Source: a bacterium
GTDB lineage: Bacteria; Patescibacteriota; Minisyncoccia; Sungbacterales; HO2-52-23
Assembly (NCBI GenBank): GCA_030697525.1
Contig: JAUYPW010000013.1
Span: 2,293 to 66,292 of the forward strand
Direction of reading: 5' to 3'
DNA: 64,000 bases
The notes beneath the pieces were generated by a model. It saw nothing but the letters and a program-made list of their open reading frames with translations, was not told the DNA's origin and did not search any database. Position 1 is the first letter of the stretch. Every line of letters begins with the position of its first letter. A program made the translations under genes and the position numbers. Positions 37,176 through 46,868 of the stretch are shown here, in pieces.

Positions 37176-39971
37176 ATGAATAAACCAAAGACAAAAATAA
37201 TAGTTACTTTGGGTCCTTCCACCAAAGAAGAGAACGATCTTCAAAGACTTAAAGACCGGGAAGTTGATTTTGTCAGAGTCAATATGTCCCACTCTAGTCT
37301 AGAAGATCTTTCTTATTTTTTGAAGTTGGCTAAAAAGGTTGGAATTCCTTTTATAATAGATACCGAGGGTTCGCAGATACGTAGCGGAGATTTGGCAGAG
37401 GACAATCTTTATATACCAGAAAATAAAACTATACAAATACATGCCGAACCGATAATAGGTGATGTAGAAAAAATATGTTTGCGCCCAGGAATTGTTGTAC
37501 AGCAACTTGAACCCGGAGATTTAATTTACATTGATTTTGATACGCTTATTTTGCGGGTGACAGACACTTCAACCTTGGCATCCGGCTTTATCACCGCCAA
37601 AGCCCTTGCTGGAGGATCGCTGGGAAGAAATAAGGGGGTAATTGTGGACTCTTCTTTGGGTAAAAAATTGGATCTTCCCACTCTATCTCCTAAAGACTAT
37701 CAATCAATTGAGCTTGGTTTGCAAGAGGGGGTTGAACATATTGCCGCCTCATTTATGAGGTCTGGGGAATCTGTAGAAGAAGTTCGCATAGCTACCCAGA
37801 ACAAGATGAAAATAATTTCTAAGATAGAATGTCTGGACTCTCTGAAAAATCTAGACAGTATTATTGAAAAATCTGACTATTTACTGATAGACAGAGGAGA
37901 TTTGAGCAAGGAAATCCCAATTGAAAAAATTCCGCTAACGCAAAAAATAATTCTTGCTAAGGCCAAGGAAAGAAATAAGGGAGTTTTTGTTGCCACTAAT
38001 TTACTGGAAACTATGGTTGGTAAGAAAAAGCCTACTAGGGCGGAAGCTCATGATGTAATAGCTACCATTCTTGATGGGGCGTCGGGTGTGGCTCTTTCTG
38101 CGGAAACAGCCATTGGTAAGTATCCATTGGAATGCGTGAATATGATGCACAAACTAATTAATCAAGCCTCACTTATTGAGTCGGATGGGTTGTTGGAAAA
38201 ACCCTCCTCACAAATTCTAAACCGTTTAAACCCAGAAAAATATTGGTTTGAAGGAAGCGCTTCATATTTGAACGACCCCCATGGGGGTGTTTTGGTGGAT
38301 AGGACTACCACAAAAAACTACTCTAAAGATTATCTCGCCTCTTTACCGGGAATACTTTTAAGCAATGAACTTCAAATGGATGTTGAGCAGATAGGAATAG
38401 GTACATACAGCCCACTGGAGGGATTTATGCTTGAAAAGGACTTTCTATCAGTACTAAACTCCATGAGGATCGCCAATGGTGTTATTTGGCCGTTACCGAT
38501 TATCCTTGGGGTTTCTCAAGAATTGGCCAATCAATTGACGGAGGGTGGGGACGTCTCCTTGCTTGATGCCAAAGGAGAAGTAATATCTATTTTACATCTA
38601 GAACAAAAATACACATTCAGTTGGCAGAATACCTGTTTGAAGTTGTATGGCACTATTGATCAAGAGCATCCGGGGGTCAGAATGATAAAGGACACGCCTC
38701 CGGTATTATTGGGCGGTAAAATTACTCTTCTGCGAAGAAGAAATTCTCCCACAAGTTCTTATGAACTAACTCCTCGCCAAGCCAGGCGCATTTTTGATGA
38801 GCGGGGCTGGAAAAGAGTGGTCGGTTTTCATACCAGAAATGTGTTGCACCGAAGTCACGAATATATACAAATGAAAGCGTTGGAGGATAGCAGGAGCGAT
38901 GGTCTTTTTGTTCATCCTGTTGTAGGCAAGAAAAAAATAGGCGACTTCAATGCCGAATACATTATGAAAGCCTACGAGATTATGAGCGAACTATTTTATC
39001 CTGAAAATAAAGTGGTGCTAGGAGCTTTCGCTACGTACTCCCGCTATGCGGGACCGCGGGAGGCTGTATTTACGGCTCTGTGCCGGAAAAATTTCGGCTG
39101 TACACATTTTATCGTAGGACGAGATCATACTGGGGTTGGAACATTTTATCATCCGCAGGCATCCCATGATATTTTTGATAGCCTTCCTAATCTCGGCATA
39201 TCCATAATAAAGTTTGATGAAATAATTTATTCTAAAAAGTACAATTCCCATTTATCTGACAGAGAGAGCAGTGATCACTCCGAGGAAGAGAAACTAAGAC
39301 TAAGCGGGACGGAAGCGAGGAAAATGCTTGAAAGAAATGTAGCCCCTCCCGAGTGGTTTATGAGAAAGGAGATATCACAGATGCTTATTGAAGCTCTGCA
39401 AAAGGGGGAAGAAGTTTTTGTAAAAGAAAAGTATGAACTAAAAAATTCAGGCAAAGTAATTTGGTTTACCGGTTTGAGCGGTTCAGGAAAGACGACACTT
39501 GCCGGGCTATTACAGAAATCTTTGGAAGCTTCCGGGAAAAAAGTTAAGGCCATCGATGGGGATGAAATACGCAACACTGTCGCCAAAAATTTAGGTTTTA
39601 CCAGGGAAGACATCAGGACCAATAACCGCCTAATTGCCGAACTTGCCAAAAAGGAAGGGGTTATCCATGACTATGTCTTGGTGTCAGTAATTTCTCCATT
39701 TGCGGAAGATAGGAGGCTCGCCCGTTCTATTGTTGGTGATAATTTTTTAGAGGTATATGTGAACTGTCCTCTACAGAAGTGTATGGATCGGGACCCTAAG
39801 GGTATTTATAAAAAAGCTCTGGCTGGAGAGCGAGAAAAACTCATTGGTATGCCAGATGCCCTACCTTATGAGATACCTACCTCTTCAGAGATAGAGGTGA
39901 AAACAGCGGAGTCGGGCATATATCAGAATTTAGGGATTATATTGGATTTCTTAAATAGTAAGAGTTATTAA
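37176..39971 (+). CDS. pyk-sat-cysC: Trifunctional pyruvate kinase / sulfate adenylyltransferase / adenylylsulfate kinase fusion
   Basis: PK motifs TLGPST, RVNMSH, SKIE, DRGDL, PTRAE.HDV, ETAIGKYP. Sat motifs PHGG.L, YSPLEGFM, HTRNVLHRSHE, RYAGPREA, GRDH.GVG. APS kinase motifs WFTGLSGSGKTT, DGDEIR, RDPKGIY. One uninterrupted ORF. Confidence 0.9.
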   Translation: MNKPKTKIIVTLGPSTKEENDLQRLKDREVDFVRVNMSHSSLEDLSYFLKLAKKVGIPFIIDTEGSQIRSGDLAEDNLYIPENKTIQIHAEPIIGDVEKICLRPGIVVQQLEPGDLIYIDFDTLILRVTDTSTLASGFITAKALAGGSLGRNKGVIVDSSLGKKLDLPTLSPKDYQSIELGLQEGVEHIAASFMRSGESVEEVRIATQNKMKIISKIECLDSLKNLDSIIEKSDYLLIDRGDLSKEIPIEKIPLTQKIILAKAKERNKGVFVATNLLETMVGKKKPTRAEAHDVIATILDGASGVALSAETAIGKYPLECVNMMHKLINQASLIESDGLLEKPSSQILNRLNPEKYWFEGSASYLNDPHGGVLVDRTTTKNYSKDYLASLPGILLSNELQMDVEQIGIGTYSPLEGFMLEKDFLSVLNSMRIANGVIWPLPIILGVSQELANQLTEGGDVSLLDAKGEVISILHLEQKYTFSWQNTCLKLYGTIDQEHPGVRMIKDTPPVLLGGKITLLRRRNSPTSSYELTPRQARRIFDERGWKRVVGFHTRNVLHRSHEYIQMKALEDSRSDGLFVHPVVGKKKIGDFNAEYIMKAYEIMSELFYPENKVVLGAFATYSRYAGPREAVFTALCRKNFGCTHFIVGRDHTGVGTFYHPQASHDIFDSLPNLGISIIKFDEIIYSKKYNSHLSDRESSDHSEEEKLRLSGTEARKMLERNVAPPEWFMRKEISQMLIEALQKGEEVFVKEKYELKNSGKVIWFTGLSGSGKTTLAGLLQKSLEASGKKVKAIDGDEIRNTVAKNLGFTREDIRTNNRLIAELAKKEGVIHDYVLVSVISPFAEDRRLARSIVGDNFLEVYVNCPLQKCMDRDPKGIYKKALAGEREKLIGMPDALPYEIPTSSEIEVKTAESGIYQNLGIILDFLNSKSY

Positions 39972-39973
39972 AT

Positions 39974-40951
39974 ATGTCAAAAATTTCAGTCGGGAAGAGA
40001 AAATACTTGGTAGAGAATTTGCTTCTGCTTGATGGTATAACCAGATCGGGCAAATTTCTGCTCGCTAATATCATTTCATCTTTCTCAAATATTGAACCAG
40101 TCCAATATTATGGGCTGCTTGAACATATTCCTTTTTTTGAGAAATTCGGTTTGATGGATAAGGATACTTCTAAAGAACTACTACAATGTGAGATAGACTT
40201 TCATTGCTACGAAACGCTGATCGGTAGAAATCTCAATCACCGAAAAACAGACAAATCCTCCATCTATCATAATCCCCAGAGTCAGTCATATATACAAAGA
40301 TCGGGAGAGAAAAATATAGATCTACTCTTGAAAAATTTCCATAATAAAAAGCCATACAGTTTTTTCATAACCCACGAAATTCTGCCGCATATAAATATCT
40401 ATCTAGAAGCATTTCCTAAAATAAAAATTATCGTAATTGAGCGAAATGCCATAGATCTTGTTTATTCGTGGTGGAGGAGGGGTATTGGAACAAGAATTGG
40501 GAATGATCCTATTATGTTCCAAATACCACTTCGCAATAATAATGGTCCGGCAGCGCCTTGGTACGCGCAATCATGGGGTAAAAAATATCATTCGCTTTCA
40601 GAGGTAGACCGCATTATATTTTCTATCAAAACACTCAAAGAGTTATACCAAAAGGCTTATCGCAAATTGACTAGTGAACAAAGAAAAAAGATTTTATTTA
40701 TTGATTACGACAATTTACTTATAAATCCGGATAAGGTTACTGAGGCAATATCCAGTTTTTTACAATTGAAAAAAAGTTCGACAGAAATAAAAAATGTTCT
40801 AAAAAAAGAACATTTGCCCAATTCCGGATCAATTAAGACAAGATCGGCTAGAACCGAAGAGTTAAGGACCGTAGCATCAAAAAAATATCTCCTGTATCTA
40901 CTAAAATTAGAAAAGGAAAACGCTTCTTTGGAAAAATTTTATAATTTTTAG
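39974..40951 (+). CDS. Sulfotransferase family protein
   Basis: DGITRSGK (5'-PSB loop-like), IIVIERNAIDLVYSW (3'-PB motif) and IDYDNLL.NP; 2 bp after the PAPS synthase fusion. Confidence 0.7.
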   Translation: MSKISVGKRKYLVENLLLLDGITRSGKFLLANIISSFSNIEPVQYYGLLEHIPFFEKFGLMDKDTSKELLQCEIDFHCYETLIGRNLNHRKTDKSSIYHNPQSQSYIQRSGEKNIDLLLKNFHNKKPYSFFITHEILPHINIYLEAFPKIKIIVIERNAIDLVYSWWRRGIGTRIGNDPIMFQIPLRNNNGPAAPWYAQSWGKKYHSLSEVDRIIFSIKTLKELYQKAYRKLTSEQRKKILFIDYDNLLINPDKVTEAISSFLQLKKSSTEIKNVLKKEHLPNSGSIKTRSARTEELRTVASKKYLLYLLKLEKENASLEKFYNF

Positions 40952-43503
40952 TTTTCCACCCAGTAAGGATTCTCTACCTGCTTGTTATTTAAGAGTTTTT
41001 TGGCAGATATCCTGCCTTGTTCTAGTAAAGATGGGTAGCTGAATTCAATCAAGTTTTTTCCGGCAGGTACTAGGACAGCCTGATACAAATAATTGGCGGT
41101 GTAGAGATTGGTTTCTTTGCCATTTATCGATGCGCGCCAAAACGGATATTTATTCTCGCTAAACACCACGAAACGGGCATTTTTGGTAACGGTCTCAACC
41201 CGCAATCTCCCCGCTGTGTAGTTTAAAAGTTTAAGAGAGTCGTTTTTATCCCCCTTTCCGTATTGTACTGGCAAGACATCATCTTTTTTCCTTTCTAGAA
41301 GAGTGGTCTCATTGAAATCATCAACAGTCTTAATTACATCCAGAGCTAATTTTTCATCCGACTCGGTCCATATTATTTCTTTGGCGAAATACCACCGAGG
41401 CATAAAATCCGGATTTTGATATATATAGATAGGAACCTTCCCGTCCAATATATGGGTAGTAAATATTTTCTTCCATTTGCCAGTGAGCTCAAAAGGGGAC
41501 AGAACATATTTTACATTTAGCATACCCAGAATAGTAGTTCCTTTTTCGCTGAAGTTTTTTATGTAAGCAGTGAATGGGGTAGTGAGAGTAAAATCTTGTT
41601 TTGTTTCAACACTTTGCTGGCGGGCCGTGTAGTATAGATTGATCATGCGGCGCAAGGCGAGGGCTTGATGATTATAAAAAGCATCGAGATCGTATAAGAC
41701 ATTAAGGTTGTCATCCATCATCTCATAATAAAACCACTGTTTATTATTCGGGTTTACAATGTCTGTATTATATTTTTCAGCAATCTCGGCAACATATTGG
41801 TCCGGAGTATAGAGAAATATTCTATAGGGTTGGATTGCTTGAGCGGTATACTGTGTTAGAGGTAGAGAATTGCTTCGATATGATTCTGTGGCATGGAGAA
41901 ATCTGGCAGTAGCCGGAGGATTCTTTATGAATTCCACAGGGGGACCCTTAAGAATATCTTTCCAGACCACAATCGAGCCGAGGAATGTGATAAATATAGA
42001 ACCCCACAGCCATTTTTGCCAAGAAATTAATCCATATTTTCCCAAGGTAAGAAATAGAATGGTTACTATCCAAAGAGTAAAAATAAAAATAGTTTGAGGT
42101 TCTGTAAAAGAGAATTTACTCACCACGCTTGTGGCAATGTTTTTTACAAGCCCTTTATAATAGATATCCGATCTCAAGAAAACCCTATCCGGGGTATTTT
42201 TAAAGTGTTCTACTCCATATTCAGTTAAAGCTGTAGTTATGGATTGCTGGTAAATAGTTACCACAACACTTGTTATGGTTATAGTGATAAGTACCCCCCA
42301 GAGAATTTTAAGCAAAACGGCGCTTCTCTTGGCTCGAAAAAATATTTTTATGTAATCCAGGGAGTGGGCCGCTGTAAGTGATAAGGAAAAAACAATTACA
42401 AAAGACCATTTCCATTGGCCGCCAAACCAGTTTAGTACTGGCAGTTGGTGAAGTAGCCAGAAAAGAGGTGAATATTTTATGGCAATAAGTAGGAACATTA
42501 CCCCCAGCCAAAAGAAGAATCTAAAAACCCCTTTATTTTTACGATAAGTAAAAATACTGACCAAAACCAATAGAAATGGCAGCGTACCGATATATAGCAC
42601 TATATCTTGATCGCCAAGCGCCAAAAAAGGCATAGTCTCGCCATAGTACACAAAAGAGTTGGGATGGATCATACGTAGGAAGTGAGAAAGAGTTATCGGC
42701 ATCATGGCCGCGTTTGATATACCCCCACTTCGGGCGGAGTAGGATATAAAATTCAATATAGAGAGGAACCATGGAAGGAGTATTACTATACTCATAATGA
42801 CCCCGCCTAGCAGGAGCAGTAAGTTTTTTAGTTTTTTCTTGGTTGCACCTCCGCTAAACAAGAGATACAGGGTGAATGATCCTGTTGCCACAAGAGCATA
42901 AACGGCCATCTCTGACCACCCCCCAACCCACACATAGAGCATTAAGGGTAACCACAACCAAAACCATCTTCTTCGGCCCTCCATTATTTTTTTACAAATC
43001 AAAAAAGAGAGCGGCAAAAAAGGCATGAGCGCGGCGATGCCTGTGACATCTAGGTATTTGATGGATACGCCGCTGAATGAATAGGCTAGGGTTCCGACCA
43101 AACTAGCTGGTTTACTTAGTCCCAGATTCCGAGCCAGAAAATAAAAACTTCCCGCGTTAGCCAAAAAGAAAAATAAAATAAGAAGGTTGTTGGCGGTGAA
43201 AGGATTTAAGAATCCGATAGTCGCGAGAAAAAGCGGATTTAAGAATCCATCCAAGGTAAGAGCAATTGGATAACCGGAGTTAAATGCTGGCCACCAATTT
43301 GGGAGTATGCCCAGATCATAGAAAAAAAATCGCATTACTTTAAGATATCCGTAGTGATAAGCGCCGATAAACTGCAAAGGAAAAATGTGTTTTCCGGAGA
43401 GTATTGGCCAAAACAAAAATAAAGCCCCAGTCGTTATAATAAGCGCTGGGCCAGCCTTAATTACAAAGTTTTTTATTCTATCTTTTACCACAATGTGCAT
43501 CAT
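40948..43503 (-). CDS. YfhO-like GT-C membrane glycosyltransferase
   Basis: P.W.P..NSGYP, many TM segments, LYIG.LP, LNVKYV, Y.NP..MPR and C-terminal F.E..YP.W.A.ING.....ANY...AV.VPAG...IEF.Y motifs. Confidence 0.8.
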   Translation of the reverse strand: MMHIVVKDRIKNFVIKAGPALIITTGALFLFWPILSGKHIFPLQFIGAYHYGYLKVMRFFFYDLGILPNWWPAFNSGYPIALTLDGFLNPLFLATIGFLNPFTANNLLILFFFLANAGSFYFLARNLGLSKPASLVGTLAYSFSGVSIKYLDVTGIAALMPFLPLSFLICKKIMEGRRRWFWLWLPLMLYVWVGGWSEMAVYALVATGSFTLYLLFSGGATKKKLKNLLLLLGGVIMSIVILLPWFLSILNFISYSARSGGISNAAMMPITLSHFLRMIHPNSFVYYGETMPFLALGDQDIVLYIGTLPFLLVLVSIFTYRKNKGVFRFFFWLGVMFLLIAIKYSPLFWLLHQLPVLNWFGGQWKWSFVIVFSLSLTAAHSLDYIKIFFRAKRSAVLLKILWGVLITITITSVVVTIYQQSITTALTEYGVEHFKNTPDRVFLRSDIYYKGLVKNIATSVVSKFSFTEPQTIFIFTLWIVTILFLTLGKYGLISWQKWLWGSIFITFLGSIVVWKDILKGPPVEFIKNPPATARFLHATESYRSNSLPLTQYTAQAIQPYRIFLYTPDQYVAEIAEKYNTDIVNPNNKQWFYYEMMDDNLNVLYDLDAFYNHQALALRRMINLYYTARQQSVETKQDFTLTTPFTAYIKNFSEKGTTILGMLNVKYVLSPFELTGKWKKIFTTHILDGKVPIYIYQNPDFMPRWYFAKEIIWTESDEKLALDVIKTVDDFNETTLLERKKDDVLPVQYGKGDKNDSLKLLNYTAGRLRVETVTKNARFVVFSENKYPFWRASINGKETNLYTANYLYQAVLVPAGKNLIEFSYPSLLEQGRISAKKLLNNKQVENPYWVEN

Positions 43504-43511
43504 ATACTAGT

Positions 43512-44300
43512 ATGCCCAAAAAACATTTACATGACAAGTTTTCAAATAAAAGAATTATCGCGCGACTGGACATAAAAGGTGGGAATGTAGTAAAGCCCGT
43601 GCATACCGAAGCCTTACGTATTGTTGGAAAACCTAGAGAACGAGCAGAACTTTACTATAAGCAAGGTATTGATGAGATTGTGTATATGGATATAGTGGCG
43701 AGTCTCTACGGTCGCAATCTGGATTTTGATCTTCTGCGGTCAGTGGCAGAAAATATTTTTGTTCCCCTAACGGTGGGAGGCGGTATAAGAACTATCAAAG
43801 ATATCAATGAAGCTCTTAGGTCTGGGGCGGATAAGGTAGCGATAAATACTTACGCCATTGGCAACCCGAATTTTTTAGAAAAGGCTATCCACGAGTTTGG
43901 CTCGCAATGCATTGTTCTATCTATCGAGGCAAAGAAACAGGCAAACGGGCATTGGGAGGCGTATACAGATGGTGGACGCGAAAGGACGGGTGTAGATGTG
44001 GTGGAATGGGCCAGGCAGGGAATAAAAAGGGGGGTGGGTGAATTACTCATAACTTCCATTGATCGTGATGGCACAAGACAGGGATACGACCTAGATTTGA
44101 TAAAACGCATATCTTCCCTTTCTCCTATTCCAGTTATCGCTTATGGAGGTGCCGGAAAGCCTGAAGATATGGGGGAAGTAATAAAAAAAGCTAGGGCTGA
44201 TGCGGTGGCTGCAGCTTCAATTTTTCATTATGATTTATGTTCTGTGCGGGAGATAAAGAAACATTTAAATAGTATTGGAGTATATACCAGGACCTTATGA
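43512..44300 (+). CDS. hisF: HisF-like cyclase subunit (WbuZ-type, glycan amidination)
   Basis: RIIARLDIK...VVK, G.DEI...DI.AS, PLTVGGGIR, GADKV.IN and TSIDRDGT..GYD motifs. Confidence 0.85.
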   Translation: MPKKHLHDKFSNKRIIARLDIKGGNVVKPVHTEALRIVGKPRERAELYYKQGIDEIVYMDIVASLYGRNLDFDLLRSVAENIFVPLTVGGGIRTIKDINEALRSGADKVAINTYAIGNPNFLEKAIHEFGSQCIVLSIEAKKQANGHWEAYTDGGRERTGVDVVEWARQGIKRGVGELLITSIDRDGTRQGYDLDLIKRISSLSPIPVIAYGGAGKPEDMGEVIKKARADAVAAASIFHYDLCSVREIKKHLNSIGVYTRTL

Positions 44301-44944
44301 GCAAAAAAAAAATATCTCCCAATATAGTAATCGTAGACTATGGTGTGGGTAATTTGCATAGTCTGTGTCAGGCTTTTAAGCATTCGGGTATTGTGCCGTT
44401 AGTTACATACGACCCAGAGACCATAAAAAGATCTGATGCCGTAGTGCTTCCGGGTGTTGGTTCATTTGAGGCTGGTATGTGTGGTTTAAAAAAACGAAAA
44501 CTAATCGATACAATTGTAACTGCGAGCATTAATCAAAAACCAATTTTGGGTATATGTCTTGGGGCTCAGGTAATGCTGGATGTAGGTTACGAGTTCGGAA
44601 CTTTTAATGGCCTTGGTCTTATACCCGGCAAAGTGATCCGTTTCCCAAAACTAAATAGTGAGAAGATACCTCATGTGGGATGGAATTCTGTATATAAACC
44701 CACTCACATCTCTTGGAAAGGTACTATATTGCAGGGACTGAAAAATGAATTCGAAACATATTTCGTACATTCTTATGTCCTGGTCCCTAGTGATAAAAAG
44801 TATATTTATGGACTGACTTCCTATGGCGGTCATGAATTTTGTTCTGTCATCAAAAAAGGCAACACATATGGCTGCCAATTCCATCCTGAAAAGAGCGGTC
44901 CTATGGGTCTATCCATCATTGATAGGTTTATTAAAAGTATCTAA
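44297..44944 (+). CDS. hisH: HisH-like glutamine amidotransferase (WbuY-type)
   Basis: VDYGVGNL.S, LPGVGSF, LGICLG.Q, PHVGWN, YFVHSY and QFHPEKS motifs. Confidence 0.9.
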   Translation: MSKKKISPNIVIVDYGVGNLHSLCQAFKHSGIVPLVTYDPETIKRSDAVVLPGVGSFEAGMCGLKKRKLIDTIVTASINQKPILGICLGAQVMLDVGYEFGTFNGLGLIPGKVIRFPKLNSEKIPHVGWNSVYKPTHISWKGTILQGLKNEFETYFVHSYVLVPSDKKYIYGLTSYGGHEFCSVIKKGNTYGCQFHPEKSGPMGLSIIDRFIKSI

Positions 44945-44954
44945 AAATATTTAA

Positions 44955-46139
44955 ATGATTAAAACCTTAGATAAACAACTAATCAGTCAACCGACCGATG
45001 TTCGTTTTTGCACAAAATGCGTTGTCTCCAATCAGAGACCAAGAATTACGTTTAACAAAGATGGAGTTTGCAGCGCTTGTGATTATGCTCATCGCAAGCA
45101 TTATGTAATTGATTGGAAAAAACGGGAGAAAGAACTGTCGGCACTTTGCGCAAGATACCGTTCCAAAAACGGCGAGTTTGATGTGGTGGTGCCTGGTAGC
45201 GGGGGTAAGGACAGTAGTTACACGGCTCATATATTGAAGACTAAGTACAATATGCATCCGCTTGTTGTTACTTGGGCTCCCTTTGCCTATACCGATATTG
45301 GTTGGAAAAATTTTGAGAATTTCATAAAGTCTGGATTCACGGTTTTAAATTGTTTTCCGGACGGCAAACTACACAGAAAACTTGCTCGGATTGCCTTTGA
45401 GCTCAAGGGTGATGCATGGGAACCATTTGCGTTTGGTCAAAAGGCATACGCATTTCATATAGCAGTAAAATGGGGTATTCCTTTGATTTTTTATGGAGAA
45501 AACGGCGAGGTGGAATATGGAGGATCTTTGAAAAATGCTGATGTACCCCATGAGTCTGTGTATGATTGGGATAAATTATATTATAAAGGTGCGGGTGTCG
45601 ACAGACTTCTTATGGAAGGAAAGAAAATGGGACTGATTACCCCCAAGGAGGTTAAAGATAGGTCTTTTGATTTTTATCGCCCGCCATCCAAAAAAGAGAT
45701 AGAAAAATTGGGCGTTCAGATGCATTGGTTATCATATTATAGAAAGTGGGTGCCACAAGAAAATTTTTATTATGCTCAAAAACACACCGGTTTTACTGCC
45801 AACGAGGAGGGCCGATCTGAAGGTACTTATTCCAAATATGCCAGTCTTGATGATCAGACCGATGGCTTTCATTTTTATATGGCCTTTATTAAGTTTGGTA
45901 TTGGACGGGCAACCTCTGACGCTGCTCACGAAATAAGAGATGGTCATATAACCAGAGAGGAGGGTGTTTCTTTGGTCAAAAGATATGATGGCGAATTTCC
46001 TAAAAAATATTTTAGAGAATTTCTTGCTTATCTAAATATCACTGAAAATCATTTCTGGAAGATGGTTGATTCGTATCGCAAACCTCATTTGTGGAAAAAG
46101 GTTGGTGGAGAATGGAAATTAAAGCACGGAATCAATTAA
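44955..46139 (+). CDS. N-acetyl sugar amidotransferase (WbuX/PseA/WbpG-like)
   Basis: CTKCV.SNQRPRI.F..DGVCSAC, PP-loop SGGKDS, YGEN.E.EYGG and KFG.GRAT.DA..EIR.G.ITREEG motifs. Confidence 0.9.
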   Translation: MIKTLDKQLISQPTDVRFCTKCVVSNQRPRITFNKDGVCSACDYAHRKHYVIDWKKREKELSALCARYRSKNGEFDVVVPGSGGKDSSYTAHILKTKYNMHPLVVTWAPFAYTDIGWKNFENFIKSGFTVLNCFPDGKLHRKLARIAFELKGDAWEPFAFGQKAYAFHIAVKWGIPLIFYGENGEVEYGGSLKNADVPHESVYDWDKLYYKGAGVDRLLMEGKKMGLITPKEVKDRSFDFYRPPSKKEIEKLGVQMHWLSYYRKWVPQENFYYAQKHTGFTANEEGRSEGTYSKYASLDDQTDGFHFYMAFIKFGIGRATSDAAHEIRDGHITREEGVSLVKRYDGEFPKKYFREFLAYLNITENHFWKMVDSYRKPHLWKKVGGEWKLKHGIN

Positions 46140-46868
46140 ATGAAAAAATTTACCCAAAAAGGTCTAGTCATAATTCCAGCTCGGGGCGGATCCAAAAGGA
46201 TAAAAAATAAAAATATAAAAAATTTTCTTGGCGATCCTCTTATTGCTTACACAATCAAGCAGGCAAAACAATTAAAAATGGCTGATAGGGTTATTGTTGA
46301 CACTGATTCACCCCAAATAGCCAAGGTAGCTAGGCGTTATGGTGCGGAAGTGCCATTTTTACGTCCGGCGAATCTTGCCCAAGATAATTCTTTAGTGATT
46401 AATAGTGTTATTTATATCCTGCAGAGATTAAAGAAAGAGGAAAATTATATACCAGATTATATTATTATACTTCAAACAACCTCACCACTTCGAGAGATGA
46501 AAGATATTGAGAGTTGTTGGAAATTATTTAAAGATACGGACGCAACGACAGTGCTTACGGTTTGCGAAACTCATCCGAGATCTTATCGGCTTACTCGCGA
46601 AAATAATTTAATTTTACTTAACGGCTCTGAGAAGTATTCCACCAATGTACAAGCTTGGAATAAGCGCTATATTCTCAACGGTTGTTTCGTATATTTTGTA
46701 GAAACAGCAGCTTTACTAAGAGAGAAGGTTATCATAACCAGAAAAACTAAGGCTGTTGTATGCGACAAGTGGCGTTCGGTTGATCTAGATAATCCGGAAG
46801 ATTGGGTAATCGCGGAATTGCTTTATAGAGAGAGAAAGTCTGTTACTAAGAAGATAAAATCCATATGA
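46140..46868 (+). CDS. neuA: CMP-nonulosonic acid synthetase
   Basis: IIPARGGSKRI.NKN, PFLRP..LA.D, LQ.TSPLR, NG..Y and SVDLD..ED motifs. Confidence 0.9.
   Translation: MKKFTQKGLVIIPARGGSKRIKNKNIKNFLGDPLIAYTIKQAKQLKMADRVIVDTDSPQIAKVARRYGAEVPFLRPANLAQDNSLVINSVIYILQRLKKEENYIPDYIIILQTTSPLREMKDIESCWKLFKDTDATTVLTVCETHPRSYRLTRENNLILLNGSEKYSTNVQAWNKRYILNGCFVYFVETAALLREKVIITRKTKAVVCDKWRSVDLDNPEDWVIAELLYRERKSVTKKIKSI

Noticed and set aside
37176-39971. Assimilatory or dissimilatory sulfate reduction
   Set aside because: No cysH, cysIJ, aprAB or dsr nearby; an APS kinase and a sulfotransferase point to PAPS for sulfation
43512-44944. Histidine biosynthesis operon
   Set aside because: No other his genes; hisF/hisH are coupled to an N-acetyl sugar amidotransferase, the known WbuXYZ-type arrangement
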